From the human T2T-CHM13v2.0 reference genome, Homo sapiens: DNA of 64,000 bases. Positions 1-15,439 of the stretch are shown here, piece after piece. Position 1 is the stretch's first letter. Each line of letters begins with the position of its first letter. Below the pieces are notes generated by a model that did no database searches, was not told the origin of the DNA, and saw only the letters and a program-made list of their open reading frames with translations. The position numbers and the translations under genes were made by a program. The stretch lies in the NCBI RefSeq assembly GCF_009914755.1, contig NC_060936.1. One strand, written 5' to 3'.

Positions 1-328
1 TGAATTAATGGCATTTCCAGCAACCTGGATGGGACTGGAAACTATGATTCTAAGTGAAATAATTCAGGAATGGAAAACCAAATATTGGATGTTCTCACTC
101 ATAAGTGGGAGCTAAGCTATGAGGATGCAAAGGCATAATAAAGACAAAATGGACTTTGTGGACTCAGGAGGAAAGGGTGGGAAGGGGGTGAGGGATAAAA
201 GACTACAAATGGGGTGCAGTATATACTGCTTGGGTGATGGGTGCACCAGCATCTCATTAATCACCACTAAAAAACCACCTGTTCCCCAATAACCTATGGA
301 AATACAAAATTTTAAAAATAAAATAAAA
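1..328 (+). mobile_element. L1PB-like LINE-1 3' end (runs off window start)
   Basis: L1PB 3'UTR motifs (ctcactcataagtgggagctaagctatgaggatgcaaaggcataa; ccacctgttccccaataacctatggaaat) followed by an A-rich tail. Confidence 0.85.
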
Positions 329-334
329 GGGAGT

Positions 335-549
335 ACAGATGGCTTTTAGCCAAAAAGACCTGGATTCAAAGCCAGACACTACCACTTAATAGCTGTGTAA
401 CCTTGGAAAGTTTACTTCACTGTGGCTGAATATCATCTGCAACCTAGAGAAAAACAATATTTTCTTCATAGGGTTTTTACGAGGATTAAATGGCATGTAA
501 AACATACCTAATACATGGTAGGCACTCAATATATGGTAGCTATTATTAT
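335..549 (+). mobile_element. MIR SINE
   Basis: gacctggattcaaa...accacttaatagctgtgtaaccttgg core and gaggattaaatg...gcactcaata...agctattatt 3' end. Confidence 0.65.
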
Positions 550-1052
550 GGCTGTTGCTAGATTCGGGAGTTGAACAGTGCCTGGCTTCACTTCTTATTT
601 CACCAGATTGCCTGGCTCAGCAAATGCAGGGGATATTGACTTCATGAGCACAGAAACAGTGGATAATAAACACACATAGCAACAAATCACATCGGTAAAC
701 CAATCTACCTCAGCTAATAACTGCTTTCCAGGCTCCTGCATTTGCTTTGTTAGAGGAACTAAATAGTTCCTAATGGCTATGGAACGAAATCATTTAGAAG
801 AGGGTGAATTTCATCAGCTTTAGAGTTTCTGTTGAGGGCAGTGTAGGAGACTGTGCAAAGCCACCTCTTTTTAAAGAAAGCTAAGCAAAAATAATCCATA
901 AATCATGTGAGTACCTATTACAGGTGCTTATGTAACTTACCATGTTTTCTAAGGAGAGGCTTATTTCCCATTCATTGAGGTGACATTTACTGAGCATGTC
1001 CAATGTACCAGCTACCATATTAAGTGCTAGAACACAAAAATAAAAAGACATA

Positions 1053-1371
<319 letters not shown>

Positions 1372-1869
1372 AAAAAGACATGAGCCCTTCTCTCCAGGAA
1401 CCCAGGCCTGTGGGCGAGTATGTATGTGTTTTTTATGGTCCATGCTGGAAGTGGTAATGAGAGAGGGGTGCACAGGATGATACAGGGTGACTATCCAAAA
1501 TAGACACTTCCCTAATGTAAGATAGTTCCACGACGCTGGAATTATATACAGTGAACACGTGTTACTTTTAAAACTAGGAACAAAAAAATGTAAAAGGAGA
1601 AACAAAGAACTCAAAGTCCAGTGGTGGAAACAGATTATATAACAAATATTCAAATAGTGGGATGAGTACCAAAATTCAAGGACATCAGAGTGTTTTGGGG
1701 GGAGTATTCTTCCTTTAGAAGAAAGGAAGGGCATTCCATACTGCCTGGGGGTAAAGATGACAAGGCAGGTTTCCTTAAGAAGGTGACACTCAAGCTGAGA
1801 CCTTGAGACTGAATGATTTGCCGGTAGGAGTGTGTAAGTACAGTTTCTCTAGAGGGCAATCCAGCAATA

Positions 1870-2360
1870 TTTATTAGTATTTAAAATGTGCATACTCCTT
1901 GAACCAGATGTTCCTCTTCTGGTATTTCAGCTGACAGGAATGCCAGAAAACATATCAAAAGATCTCTGTAAAAAAGATGTTTATCACGTCAATGTAATAA
2001 TAAAACACTGGAAATAACTTAAATGTGCATCAATAGGACATTGTTTAAATAAGCTATGGTGTAGCCATATGCTAGAACAATAGAGTCATGAAAAAAATAA
2101 AATTTATATATAGCATATTAAGTTTTAAAAGGTAAGTTACAGAATAATGTATCCTTGTTTTTGTAGAAATAATTTTACATATTTTTTACACATAAAAACA
2201 TTTGCATATAAACAGAAAAAGCCTGAGAAGATAAACAACAAACCATTAACACTTAAGGCATATCAGACCTGGTGGGGTAGGGGTGGGGAGAAGCAATTTC
2301 ATTTTCTTATTTACTCTGTATTCACATTTTTTACAATGAGGATATCTTCCTTTTATATTT
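1870..2360 (+). mobile_element. old L1 (L1ME-like) 3' fragment
   Basis: Degenerate L1 3' motifs (ctggaaataacttaaatgtgcatcaatagga; aataagctatggtgtagccat). Confidence 0.55.
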
Positions 2361-2377
2361 AAAAAATAATATTTTTT

Positions 2378-2685
<308 letters not shown>

Positions 2686-3291
2686 TTAAAAAAAAGTATA
2701 CTAATTGGAAAGTTATGGGTACAAAACGAGTGAGGTTTTAGAGAAGGCATCTGCTCAAAACAGCTTAGCACCGCTGGAATACAAGAGCCACATGAGTTCA
2801 GGAGACAGGACTGAAGGAAGACTTTGAAGAAGAAACAAATGTGGGGTGTTTCAACTAGGAGAGAAGGTGTTTCAACTTGAAGTGAAGGGAGTAAGAGCTG
2901 TGGGGTAGTGTGAGCAAACAGTAAAAGTACAAGAACTGAAGGATGGTGTTCAAAGATACGGGACACTGCAGAGAAAGGGGCTTCAGGAATTCTCAAGGGT
3001 GGGAAGCAGGTGTCTCATTCCACAGGACTCATCTGAGGAGAAGGGCATTCTTTTAAAGGAGAGCATCTGCGAAAAACCAAGTTTTCACTAAATATCTGCT
3101 CTACATTTCTTAGTTTGGCCAGAGAGAAAGTCAGAGCAAGAGAGAACTTTTTTTTTTTTCCTGAGCAGAACACCAGGGAATACAATGAATATTTTATTGA
3201 AAAATAAGCTAGATTAAATCATTAAAGTATCCATTTACTCAGAAATTGTTCCATTACAAATACCACTGGCACAGTGGAAAAGGGCCCTTTC

Positions 3292-3948
3292 TTTTTCTTT
3301 TTCTTTTAAATTTTTTTATTTCCATGGGTTTTGGGGGAACAGGTGGTATTTGGTTACATGAGTAAGTTCTTTAGTGGTGATTTGTGAGATTTTGGTGCAC
3401 CCATGATCCGAGCAGTATACACTGAACCCAATTTGTAGTCTTTTATCACTCACCCCCTTCCTACCCTTTCCCCTGAGTCCCCAAAGTCCACTGTGTCATT
3501 CTTATGCCTCTGTATCTTCATAGCTTAGTTTCCACTTATGAGTGAGAACATACGCTGTTTGGTTTTCCATTCCTGAGTTACTTCACTTAGAATAATGGTC
3601 TCCAATCCCATCCAGGTTGCTGTGAATGCCATTCATTCATCCCTTTTATGGCTGAGTAGTATTTCATATATATATATATATGAATTATATATATATAAAT
3701 ATATATATGAATTATATATATATGAATTATATATATACATATATATGAATTATATATATAAATATATATATGAATTATATATATAAATATATATATGAAT
3801 TATATATAAATATATATATGAATTATATATATAAATATATATATGAATTATATATATATAAATATATATATATAATGGAATTCACAATGGAATTGCGAAT
3901 TGTGCTGCCACAAACGTGTGTGCACGTATCTTTTTCGTATAATGACTT
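3292..3948 (-). mobile_element. 5'-truncated L1PB-like LINE-1 with internal AT-rich repeat expansion
   Basis: Reverse-complement L1PB 3'UTR; 17-bp TSD tggaaaagg(g/t)ccctttc at 3275-3291 and 3949-3965. Confidence 0.85.
3666..3873. repeat. (TA)n-based minisatellite with 8 tgaatt anchors, period 15-27 bp
   Basis: tgaatt at 3681, 3708, 3723, 3746, 3771, 3796, 3819, 3844 within TA runs. Confidence 0.92.
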
Positions 3949-4098
3949 TGGAAAAGGTCCCTTTCATCCAAGGCGAGTTTTAGACCAAACTGTGTTGTCC
4001 TCTACACCCCAGTTCCTCCTTTCTGGGTTTTCTTTCCTCTTGGTGGATCTCACTTCATCCCCTTTCTGGAGCTCAGTCCTCCTCTCAGAAAGATCTAA

Positions 4099-4471
<373 letters not shown>

Positions 4472-4669
4472 CCTTCCCTTTCAATATATTTTAATTCTAG
4501 GCCCTATCTCTAAATAAAAAAATCCTTCATTTAGAGAGCCCATCTTTTTAAAAGGAGTTTTGAGCATCAGGTGACAGGTGGAAAAAGAAGGAGAGAGAAG
4601 ATTCTTGGAGGCCACGCAGCAGAAGGTCACCTACATTTGGAAGCTGGTCCTCTTTTCACATGACTAAAC

Positions 4670-5009
4670 CAGCAGTCCTCAACCTTTTTGGCACCAGGGA
4701 CATAGATGAGGGGAGGGGAATGGTTTCAGGATGAAACTGTTCTCTATCATTATTAGATATCATATCATTATTAGATTATTAGGCATTAATTAGATTCTCA
4801 TAAGGAGTGTGTAGCCCAGATCCCTCACATGCACAGTTCACAATAGGGTCCTCGCTTCTATGAGATTCCAATGCCACTGCTGATGTGACAGGAGGCACAA
4901 CTCAGGCGGTAACACTTGCTCGCCCACCGTTCACCTCCTGCTGTGTGGCCTGGTTCCTAACAGGCCACAGATCGGTACCGGTTCATAGCGTGGGGGTTGG
5001 AGACCCCTG
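4670..5009. mobile_element. MER1B hAT-Charlie DNA transposon
   Basis: Termini cagcagtcctcaacc / ggttggagacccctg; 8-bp TSD gactaaac (4662-4669) / gcctaaac (5010-5017); MER1 internal sequence. Confidence 0.88.
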
Positions 5010-5639
5010 GCCTAAACAATGTAGGAAAGCCCCTCTCAGAACTATCTTGACCCAGGATCCATAGGATGAATTCTAAAATGTGGAAGGAGTGGGAGGAGGA
5101 GAAAATATTATTCTCTTGTACCACTTCCTTAAAACACATGAGCAAATGAACTGAAAACATGGCAATTTTCTCATTAATCGATTCTCGACAAGAAACTAGA
5201 TAATTCTGCTGAAAAAAATATCCCTCTGGTGGTTAAATTATCTCTTCGGCTGTCTACATCCACCAAATTAACTCAAGAACTGTAACCTCTATTTCATATT
5301 GTGTTGTGTTAATATTACTGTGGCAGGTTTGAATGCAGAGGACCTGAGCACCTCACCATTCATCCCTTCTGAAAGGAGGGTCTAAAACCAATGCCCTTCT
5401 GGTCACTGAGGCGGGAGACCAGAAATGGCACAGTTCAAACACTGCCCCACTTTAAGCTGCAGCTTCAGTTAGGAAATGTTATGATTTCAACTGCTTTAAG
5501 TTGACTTTACATTTCCCAATCTAAAAATAAATAATTTTAAGGCACTTGGCAACGGATCGAGAGATGTATAGAAGGTTAATTTTCCTACACTACAAATATT
5601 TGAAATAACAATACAAAGATAAATAGACTGCAAACTTTT

Positions 5640-6180
5640 TTTAAAGTCTAACCTCACTTGTGAGAGTAACATGAGTTATCGTTTTTTTTACCTATCAAAT
5701 GGGCAAAAAAGTTTGAAATTCTTTCCAGTGTGGGAGAGTATCTAAGAAAGCAGATGCTGGTAGGAGTATAGATTGCAACATTCTTTCAAAGTAATTTGAA
5801 ATCTTATTTAAAACATTTGTCTAACATGCAGACCCTATGATTCAGCAATTCTGCTTCTAGGAATGCGTCCTAATAAACATGGACACAAAGAAATATGTAC
5901 AAGACAATCTTTCTAGTGATGCCTATAATAATAAAAGCTACTAAAACCACAAATGCCCATTCATAATGAGCTGTGAGTAAATTATGTTATAAAATGGAAT
6001 AGTATGCAGTCATTAAAACTGATAACACAGTTATTTTGATTTAGAAATATATTTATGTTATTAAAGAAAAAGGTAGGTTATGAAACTATATATTATATAG
6101 CATGTGATGTCACTTTTGTTAATACATACACAATGACCATAAATTAAAATGTGTTAAGCAATTTATACACACCTACACAC
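5640..6180 (+). mobile_element. old L1 (L1ME/L1MC-like) fragment
   Basis: accctatgattcagcaattctgcttctaggaat and neighbouring degenerate ORF2/3'UTR motifs. Confidence 0.55.
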
Positions 6181-6443
6181 ATATATAAATCGAAAAAGTG
6201 TCTCTAATTCTCTTTAAAATACTCCAGCACAAACAGTATGGTATATAGGTGTATGAGTCTTAATTTATACTCTAGGGGCAGTTGCTTAGCATTTGAAAGA
6301 CTTTAACAAAAAATTGGTATTTCCAAAAAAATTGGCTATTATAAGGCTTCGGCTGCCTTTATCTTTAATAAACATCAGACGGTTTGTTAATAAGCATAGT
6401 GGATATTAGAAATTATTTTGGATGAAAATAGGTGTTCAAAATA

Positions 6444-7604
6444 CAGTTATGCACTGCTTAACTACGTTTCAGTCAATGGACTGTGTAGAAACAATGGTGG
6501 CTCCTTAAGATTATAATGGAGCTGACAAATTCCCATCCTCCTCTAGTGACTCACAGCCGTCATAATGCTGCAGCGTAATACATTACTCATGTGTTTGTGG
6601 TGTTGCTGGTGGAAACCAACCTACTACTCTTCCATTTGTGTAAAGTGTAGCACATACAGCTATGTACAGTACATAATACCTGATAATAAAACAACTATGT
6701 TACCAGTGTATGTATTTACTATGCTATACTTTTTATTGTTATTTTAGAGTGTACTCCTTCTACTTATGAAAAAAAGAGGTTAACTGTAAAACAGCTTCAG
6801 GCAGGTCCTTCAGGAGATATTCCAGAAGAAGGCATTGTTATCATAGGAAATGACAGCTTCAAATGTGTTATTGCCCCTGAAGACCTCCCAGTGGGACAAG
6901 ACGTGGAGGTGGAAGACAGTGAAACTGATGATCCTGACCCCGTGTAGGCCAAGGCTAATGTGTGTGTTCGTGTCTTAGTTTATAACAAAAAATTGAAACA
7001 GTAAAAATATAAATAATAGAAAAAAGCTTACAGAATAAGGATATAAAGAAACTATTTTTTGTATAGCTATCCAATATATTTGTGTCCTAAGTGTTATTAT
7101 GAACGTGTCAAAAGTTTCTTAAAATTTATTTTTAAAGTTACAGTAAGTTAAGGTTTATTATTAAAGAAAAAATTTTAAATGAATATAGTGTAGTCTTAGT
7201 ATACAGCGTTTAAAGTTTACACTTGTGTGAGTGGTCACATTCACTTACCACTCACTGATTCACCCAGGGCAACTTCCAGTCCTATAAACTCCCTTCATGG
7301 TAAATGCCCTATACAGGTGTGCCATTTTTAATCTTTTATAACCCACTGTGTTTTTACTGTACCTTTTCTGTTTAGATATGTGTAAATACACAAATACCAC
7401 CATGTTACAACTGCCTATTCAGTATGGTAACACTTTGTATTGGTTTTTAGCCTAGGAGCAACAGGCTACAGCATATAGTGTAGGTGTGTAGTAGGCTATG
7501 CCATCTAGGTTTGTATAAGTACACTATGATGTTTACACAATGACAAAATTGACTAACGATACATTTCTCAGACCATATCCCTGTTGTTAAGCAATGCACG
7601 ACAG
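6444..7604 (-). mobile_element. Tigger3b-like TcMar DNA transposon (non-autonomous)
   Basis: TIRs cagttatgcactgcttaac / gttaagcaatgcacgacag; TA at 6442-6443; Tigger3 internal motif gaagacctcccagtgggacaagacgtggaggtggaagacagtg. Confidence 0.88.
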
Positions 7605-7606
7605 TG

Positions 7607-8250
7607 CAGTAAGGGCTCACTTCATGTCATCAACAGGAAACTGCAACTTTCAGTGAAACAACATATAGTGAAACTGATTTTGCCACAGGCTAATTGAGAT
7701 CAACAAGAGCTAAGTTCTTATGGCATATTTCTGATCACAAAAAAAATCACAAAACTTCTAAATAAAAACCAAAACATTTATAATATTAAACACTGAAATA
7801 CATGTGAGCTATACATACATTTAAGTAAGGTTAATAAACACAAGGAAGATAATTATTTGCCCAGTTATTCCTGTTTCAGGGTCAAGGGTAGCTGGAGCCT
7901 GTCCCGGCAGCTGAGGCTGCAACATTGGGACCCATCCTGGACAGGATACATCCCCTAGCAGGGTGCACTCAGACCCACACCCCCACCACACACACCCCTG
8001 CCACACACACACACACACACACACGCTCTCTCTCTCTCTCTCTCACTCAGGCTGGGACCACATGCCAGTTAACCAAACATGTACATCTCTGTGATGTAGG
8101 AGGAAATTGGGAGACCTGGAGAAAACCCATGCAGATGTGGGAGGATGTGCAAACTCCACACAGACAGGGGCCCCAGCCAGGAACAGACTTTCTCATCAAG
8201 GTGATCATGAAATGACACCGATTGAAATGACATCATTTGAGGACTTGCTG
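7607..8250 (-). mobile_element. MER6A-like TcMar-Tigger element
   Basis: ggagaaaacccatgcagat...gtgcaaactccacacagacag core; ends atttgaggacttgctg followed by TA; internal (CA)n(CT)n at about 8002-8044. Confidence 0.85.
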
Positions 8251-8741
8251 TATATGGATCAGCTGGAAATGCTGTACAGGCCACTCCGCCTTCTTATGAC
8301 CAGGGTGTGAGAATTCAGCAACGCCAGCAGCCTCCATCCCTCCAGTCTTACGTTATGGAGGATTCTGTGGCCTGCGTGACTCTAAGTAAAGTTAGCTCAA
8401 TGCTATGGCTACAACACTGCTGCTGCACAGGCCACAGGAGAGCCTTTCATGCAAGGTGTTTGTCTAAGCGGCTGAAAGCTGGGAGCTTGGGCCTCTCCAG
8501 CGCAGTTTACAGTACAGGCTGTGTGCCTGCTTGGTCATGCATGTTTGTCCCCGTAGCAGGATTGGTTTGAGAACTGCTCTTGCTTTCTCCTTTCACCCTT
8601 ACAGAGGTTGTGGAGTAGAGATCTGTCATCACTGGAGGCTCCTGGTATCAACCATACATAACCTATTAGCTGTGAACCACTAAACTGGCTTAGGTCAGTT
8701 TACCACAAAGGCTGTGTATGCCTGAACTTCAGCAGTGATTA

Positions 8742-9168
<427 letters not shown>

Positions 9169-10176
9169 TTAAATAATAAATAAATAACAAGAGACTTAAG
9201 TAAACTGCACAGACAGCACTGTCACCACCTACTGGCAAAAACAGAGAAAGACCATTGTAGGTGAACGCTGACTGCTTAACAGCAGAGAAGGCGGCTTGCA
9301 GTTAGACTTTTCAGTTTCCAATTGTTTTTAACTTCGAAGTATAACATCTGGATTTTAGGGAGGGGAGAAGATCACTCCTCTTGAAGCATGTTACCTTGAA
9401 AGAGTTCTGATTTTCAAAAGCAAAATATAGTTCTGCTGACCATGGTTTAAGTCTGAGAGAAAATCATAGTCCCTGCTATGTATCAGTTAGATACAGTAAG
9501 TATCTAACTATGATGCCACCGCAGGCAGCAGCTTCAAATGAGAAGCCAAAGGCTGATCATGGGTTATAACAAGTATAAGTCATTTTAAAGGTCTCGTTCT
9601 TTGGATGCTTCTAATTAGGCAGTTGCCAAAACTGATGCAATCAGTAAGGCCATAATCTCTCTGGTCTTATGATTTCTGCTAAATTTCTAATGGGGACCTA
9701 AGAGTCCAACCGCAGTTTGGGTTCTATAAGCAAAGCAAACTCGGCACAGACACAAACAGCGAGAAAGGCAGCAGTTACGACAATGTTGCAACAGGCTAAC
9801 TTCTTTCCAGGCTGATGCCTGGGGCACAGGAGCCTCCCTGTGTCCAGCAGCACTTGAAGTGTGGATCCCTCCACAGATGACCTGCCTGTCTCTCCTCTGC
9901 CAACCCCTGTTCTCCTCCTTGCCCAACCTCTGACACCACCTATCTCAGAAAATGGGGAGGCTGCTGCCCCCCAAATGCTCATCCTGCCATCTAGGAGCCA
10001 CTGCCCTCAGACCCCTCCCATCCCTATTCTGTCTCCAATGGAAGAAACTACTACAGAAACACCCTCCCCCTAGTACCCTCTACTCCCCCAACCATCTCGT
10101 TCTCCTATGACATCCCTTATACAGTGCTCACCATATCTAGAAATTATTTTCACAATCTTTTTTTTTATAAATATGA

Positions 10177-10726
<550 letters not shown>

Positions 10727-10904
10727 TAATCTCAAAAAAGAACATGCTATCAGAATGACAATGAACCAACTTAGCTTTGGGAGAAACTCACTTCATTGCA
10801 TTTACTTTGTCATGGTCCTGCACTAGTTTGGGGATGGACTCAGGAGTGCATCTTGGACTCTAGTGACCTTCTAGGTAGTTCCAAAACTTCAAACACTTCA
10901 AAAA

Positions 10905-11365
10905 CCAAAATTTCAGTAATTCAAGAACCACTAATATATCATAACTGTACTACTATTTCCTTAATATTTCTCTTAAATATACTCACATTTTTACTTATAT
11001 AGTTTTGTTTTAAAAGGAGACTTTGTGTCACTTCCATAAAAGAAAAATCAATATCATGTGTCACAAATAAAAGGTAACCTATGAATAATGCAATAGAAAC
11101 AAAACATGTTATTGAAGTCCAGTTAGACAGTGTTGCTGGCTGAGGCCTGATCTCACTGTGTAGACCAGGGAGGCTGGCAAGTGGTCAGCAGTGATTAAAG
11201 ACCGTCATCAAACCATGCTTTTCTCTTTAATAACATCAGAGGGATTGAAAGTAAATTGAAAATAAAAGTACTTTCACTCAAGGTGATACAATATTATCCA
11301 GTGCTAGACTCAGGTCACATCTAAAGTCATCTCCAGTGGTTCATATCCCACTCTTAGAGTAACAA
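10905..11365 (-). mobile_element. MER113-like hAT-Charlie relic
   Basis: agagggattgaaagtaaattgaaa, catctaaagtcatctc and ataaaaggtaacc resemble the recalled MER113 consensus in reverse. Confidence 0.55.
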
Positions 11366-11399
11366 GAATCATGATACTTTGGTGCATGAATATTGCTAA

Positions 11400-12200
<801 letters not shown>

Positions 12201-12564
12201 CAAGCAAGAGGAGGGTGGAATCAGTGGGCAGGGGGTGGGACAGGGGTGGCGGGGGGGAAGCAGTCTCCTAACCTTTGCCTAAAGGGACCAGAAACTTTCT
12301 AGTTCTCTCTGGAAAGATCTTCCATCTTTGTATATCACCCTATAAATGTTTCCTAAAGAAAAATCTGTCTGTTGTTTTCACACACTAATAAATCAGTTCA
12401 ACACTTTTGCATCATGTGCAGAGAAAGTTTAATTCCTCCTCCATGTGACAGCCTCCAAGTATCTGGAGATGGCCAAGTGTTATTCCAGAACTTTCCCTTC
12501 CAGGATGAACACCGTCAAAGTTCCCATGCTCCCTGTTGTCTGTGTCCCTCTTAAAAGGAAGGGT

Positions 12565-12869
12565 GGCTGGGAGCAGTGGCTCCCACCTGTAAACCTAGCA
12601 CTTTGGGAGGCCGAGGCGGGTGGATCACCTGAGGTCAGGAGTTCATGACTAGTCTGGCCAACATGGTGAAACCCCATCTCTACTAAAAATATAAAATTAG
12701 CTGGGCGTGGTGGTGGGCACCTATAATCCCAGCCACTTGGGAGGCTGGGGCAGGAGAATTGCTTGAACCCGGGAGAGAGGTTGCAGCCAGCTGAGATTGT
12801 GCTATTGCACTCCAGCCCGGGCAACAAGAGCGAAACTCCTCTCAAACAAACAAACAAAAACAAAAAAAA
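12565..12869 (+). mobile_element. AluSq-like
   Basis: Full dimer ending caacaagagcgaaactcc with an (AAAC)n tail. Confidence 0.93.
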
Positions 12870-14364
12870 GAGGAAGGCAGTTTTCCAATGTCCATTTGTG
12901 TTATGGGACTTGAATTTCCTTCTCTGCATATTCTTTGTTTCTAACTGCCTTTCTGGAAAACACCCAATAAGTTATGGTCAGGCCTGAATTCCTTGAGAAC
13001 TAGGAAATTCTCAAATGCATGCCATCAAAAATATTTATTTCTTCTTTCATGTCTCTTTCCTGCACCTTGGAAGGCAAATTCCATTCGTAGAGGGGAGGGA
13101 GGGGGCGCTAAGGAACTTTTTCAAATAATGGAATGATGGCGAACATTCATCTATGCTAAACTCAAAGACATGCCCAAAGTTTGTGATAGAAAATTTAAAT
13201 ACAATATTTACTATTTGAACTGATGTTCCATTTGTGGGTACAGGAATGCTACATTCAGGGAAGGTGAGAATAATGCAAAATCCCCACTCTTGACTGCTGT
13301 GGCTACAGACCCAGATTCCCCTGAAGTGAGGGCAGGGTACTGGGGTGGTGCTGTGTAAGCAGGGCACTCTGCCAGGCTCGGATCACACATCTCCTCTTTG
13401 AAACTGGCGTGGAAAAAGACACATGAGAGCTTCATGAATAATACAGCAGCCCTGACACGCTGAATGCACATTTCAGCCAAATATATGCACATTTCAACCA
13501 AATAAGTTGGTCTCTCCACATCCCCACCCTTTCCTCTCTCCTCCCTCCCTTCAGTGCTCTTTCACCACTTTCGCCAGATTTCTAGGTTTTCTTGCTGCCT
13601 CCTGTTGCAAAGTGAATTGTCCCAGGGAAGGAGGGCTAGCTTCCGGATTCCCCCCGTTGCACCTAAAGCCTTCTCCTCCTCTGCCGGCCTTCCAGCTCCC
13701 TGACTGCAGCATTGCCCATTAGGCTTCATCAGAGGAGGCTGTGTGTGGCCCAAGGGCAGCAGGTGAAATTCAAAGCAGACAAGTTGCTTCTCCGCATCAG
13801 TGCTGATATGTTAGAGGCAGGCAGCCAAAGAAAATGAATATAATAAAGAAAGTCTGGTTTAAGAGCATCTGTTGCTTTTCTTGGAAAATTCTACCCTTTA
13901 CGCATTAGCCTGCCCATAAGAGCTCTACCTCTGCACATAATCGGAAGAAATAATATTCAAAAAAAGTTTTCAAATACGGGTGTAATAACAATGCAAACAG
14001 CATTAAAACTCAGCAGAGTGTAGTGCCGGACGCAAGGTTCTCTCTCATGGGGAGTGCCCCTTATGTAAAGCAGCAGGAAACGGTGCTGGCCATAAAATTA
14101 CCAACTCCTGAGGGAAGAGACCACATCTGCTTATCTTTACGTTCCTTCAATGGTTGATGCAACGTACCGATTAGTTGTTCTACAAAATATGTTGCATGAA
14201 TTTGATTCTTAAGAAGAATAACATATACAGGCACTGAAAATAGTTATCTTCTGGGTGGTAGAGCGAAGGTGATTTTTATTTCTGTCTTTGCCTTTTCCAC
14301 ATGTTCCTGATTTTCTCCAGTGAACATGAATATATTTAGTGAGAAAGTTATCAGTAAGAAGGAG

Positions 14365-14510
14365 ATTTTTAGAATTGGAAGGGACCAGAGAAATTAGTCC
14401 AATTCTCTTATTCCTTACATGTGGAAACTGAAGCTCAGAGAAGCTAAATGACATGTCCAAAGCCATGTAGCTTGTTAAGGAGAAGGCTGAAAGAAAACTG
14501 AGGCCATTCA
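14365..14510 (-). mobile_element. MIR relic
   Basis: ggaaactgaagctcagagaagctaaatgacatgtccaaagcca core. Confidence 0.6.
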
Positions 14511-14934
14511 TGTTTCTCGGCCTACTGCCTTTCTTCCCCTATACATATCCTTTGCCTTTCCTGAAAGACAGTTTAGGTGAGACTCTAATCTAATGTTTTG
14601 AAAAGGCTTGGACCCAATTTAAAAGCAAACTGTGCTATCCAGTGAGCTTATTCCCCACAGAAGACACTATCTTAGAAAATGCAAAGCATAATTTAAAAGT
14701 CATTAAGTAAAACATCCTCTGCTGCTGTGACAGCAAAACGTTCGGCCACTCCTTCATGACAGATGGCCCCATGCATTGACACACACCTCAAAATAGCCTC
14801 TGCAAGGAAGCTTAACATCCGAGAAAGGCGGAATAGTGAATGTCACAGAAAAGGGAGAGTTTGCTTGTGGGTTTGCATCTCCAGAAGTAAGAAGACTTAA
14901 GAGATATTTACTGTGGGCTCATCTTCCACCAAAC

Positions 14935-15290
14935 TTTTATTGATGTGTGAACTTGAAACTTCTTATCATAAAAATTTCTAACATACAAAAGAGAGAATGT
15001 TAAAATGGATTCCATGTAACCAGAGTACAGCTTTATTAATCATTAACTTAGGGTCATCCCCCCAGCCACTGCCTCCCTCCCCATGGGTAATTTTGAAGTC
15101 AATCCTGAACATTATAACATTTTATTCATGAGTAGTTTAACATGTACCTCTAAAAGATAAGGACCTTTGTTTAACATAAACATTCAAATGTCATAATGCC
15201 TAAAAAATTGATAATAAATCCTTGATACAGCCAAATAACCCGTTTGTGCTCCACTTTTCCTGATTACCTCACAAAAATGTTTAAGGCTGG
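14935..15290 (-). mobile_element. L1MC-like 3' fragment
   Basis: taattttgaagtcaatcctgaacatt...atgtacctctaaaagataaggac. Confidence 0.5.
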
Positions 15291-15439
15291 TTTAATTTGT
15301 CAGGCACTGTGTATTATCTCAGTTAATCCTGACAATAACACTATATGGGGGCTGTAGGTAGCCTGGGGGAGCAAGACACATGATCAGGTTAGAGATGTAG
15401 GTGGGAGCCTCACTCCCCCAGGCTCTAGACACACTTGAC

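Noticed and set aside
935-955. Minus-strand ATG/GTAAGT donor at 941
   Set aside because: The nearest plausible acceptor gives only an 8-nt exon, and upstream sequence is L2/Alu; isolated donors are common
5221-5236. CTCF-like ccctctggtgg (similar at about 40605 and 57366)
   Set aside because: Each misses key positions of the CCASYAGRKGGC core and cannot be called without ChIP data
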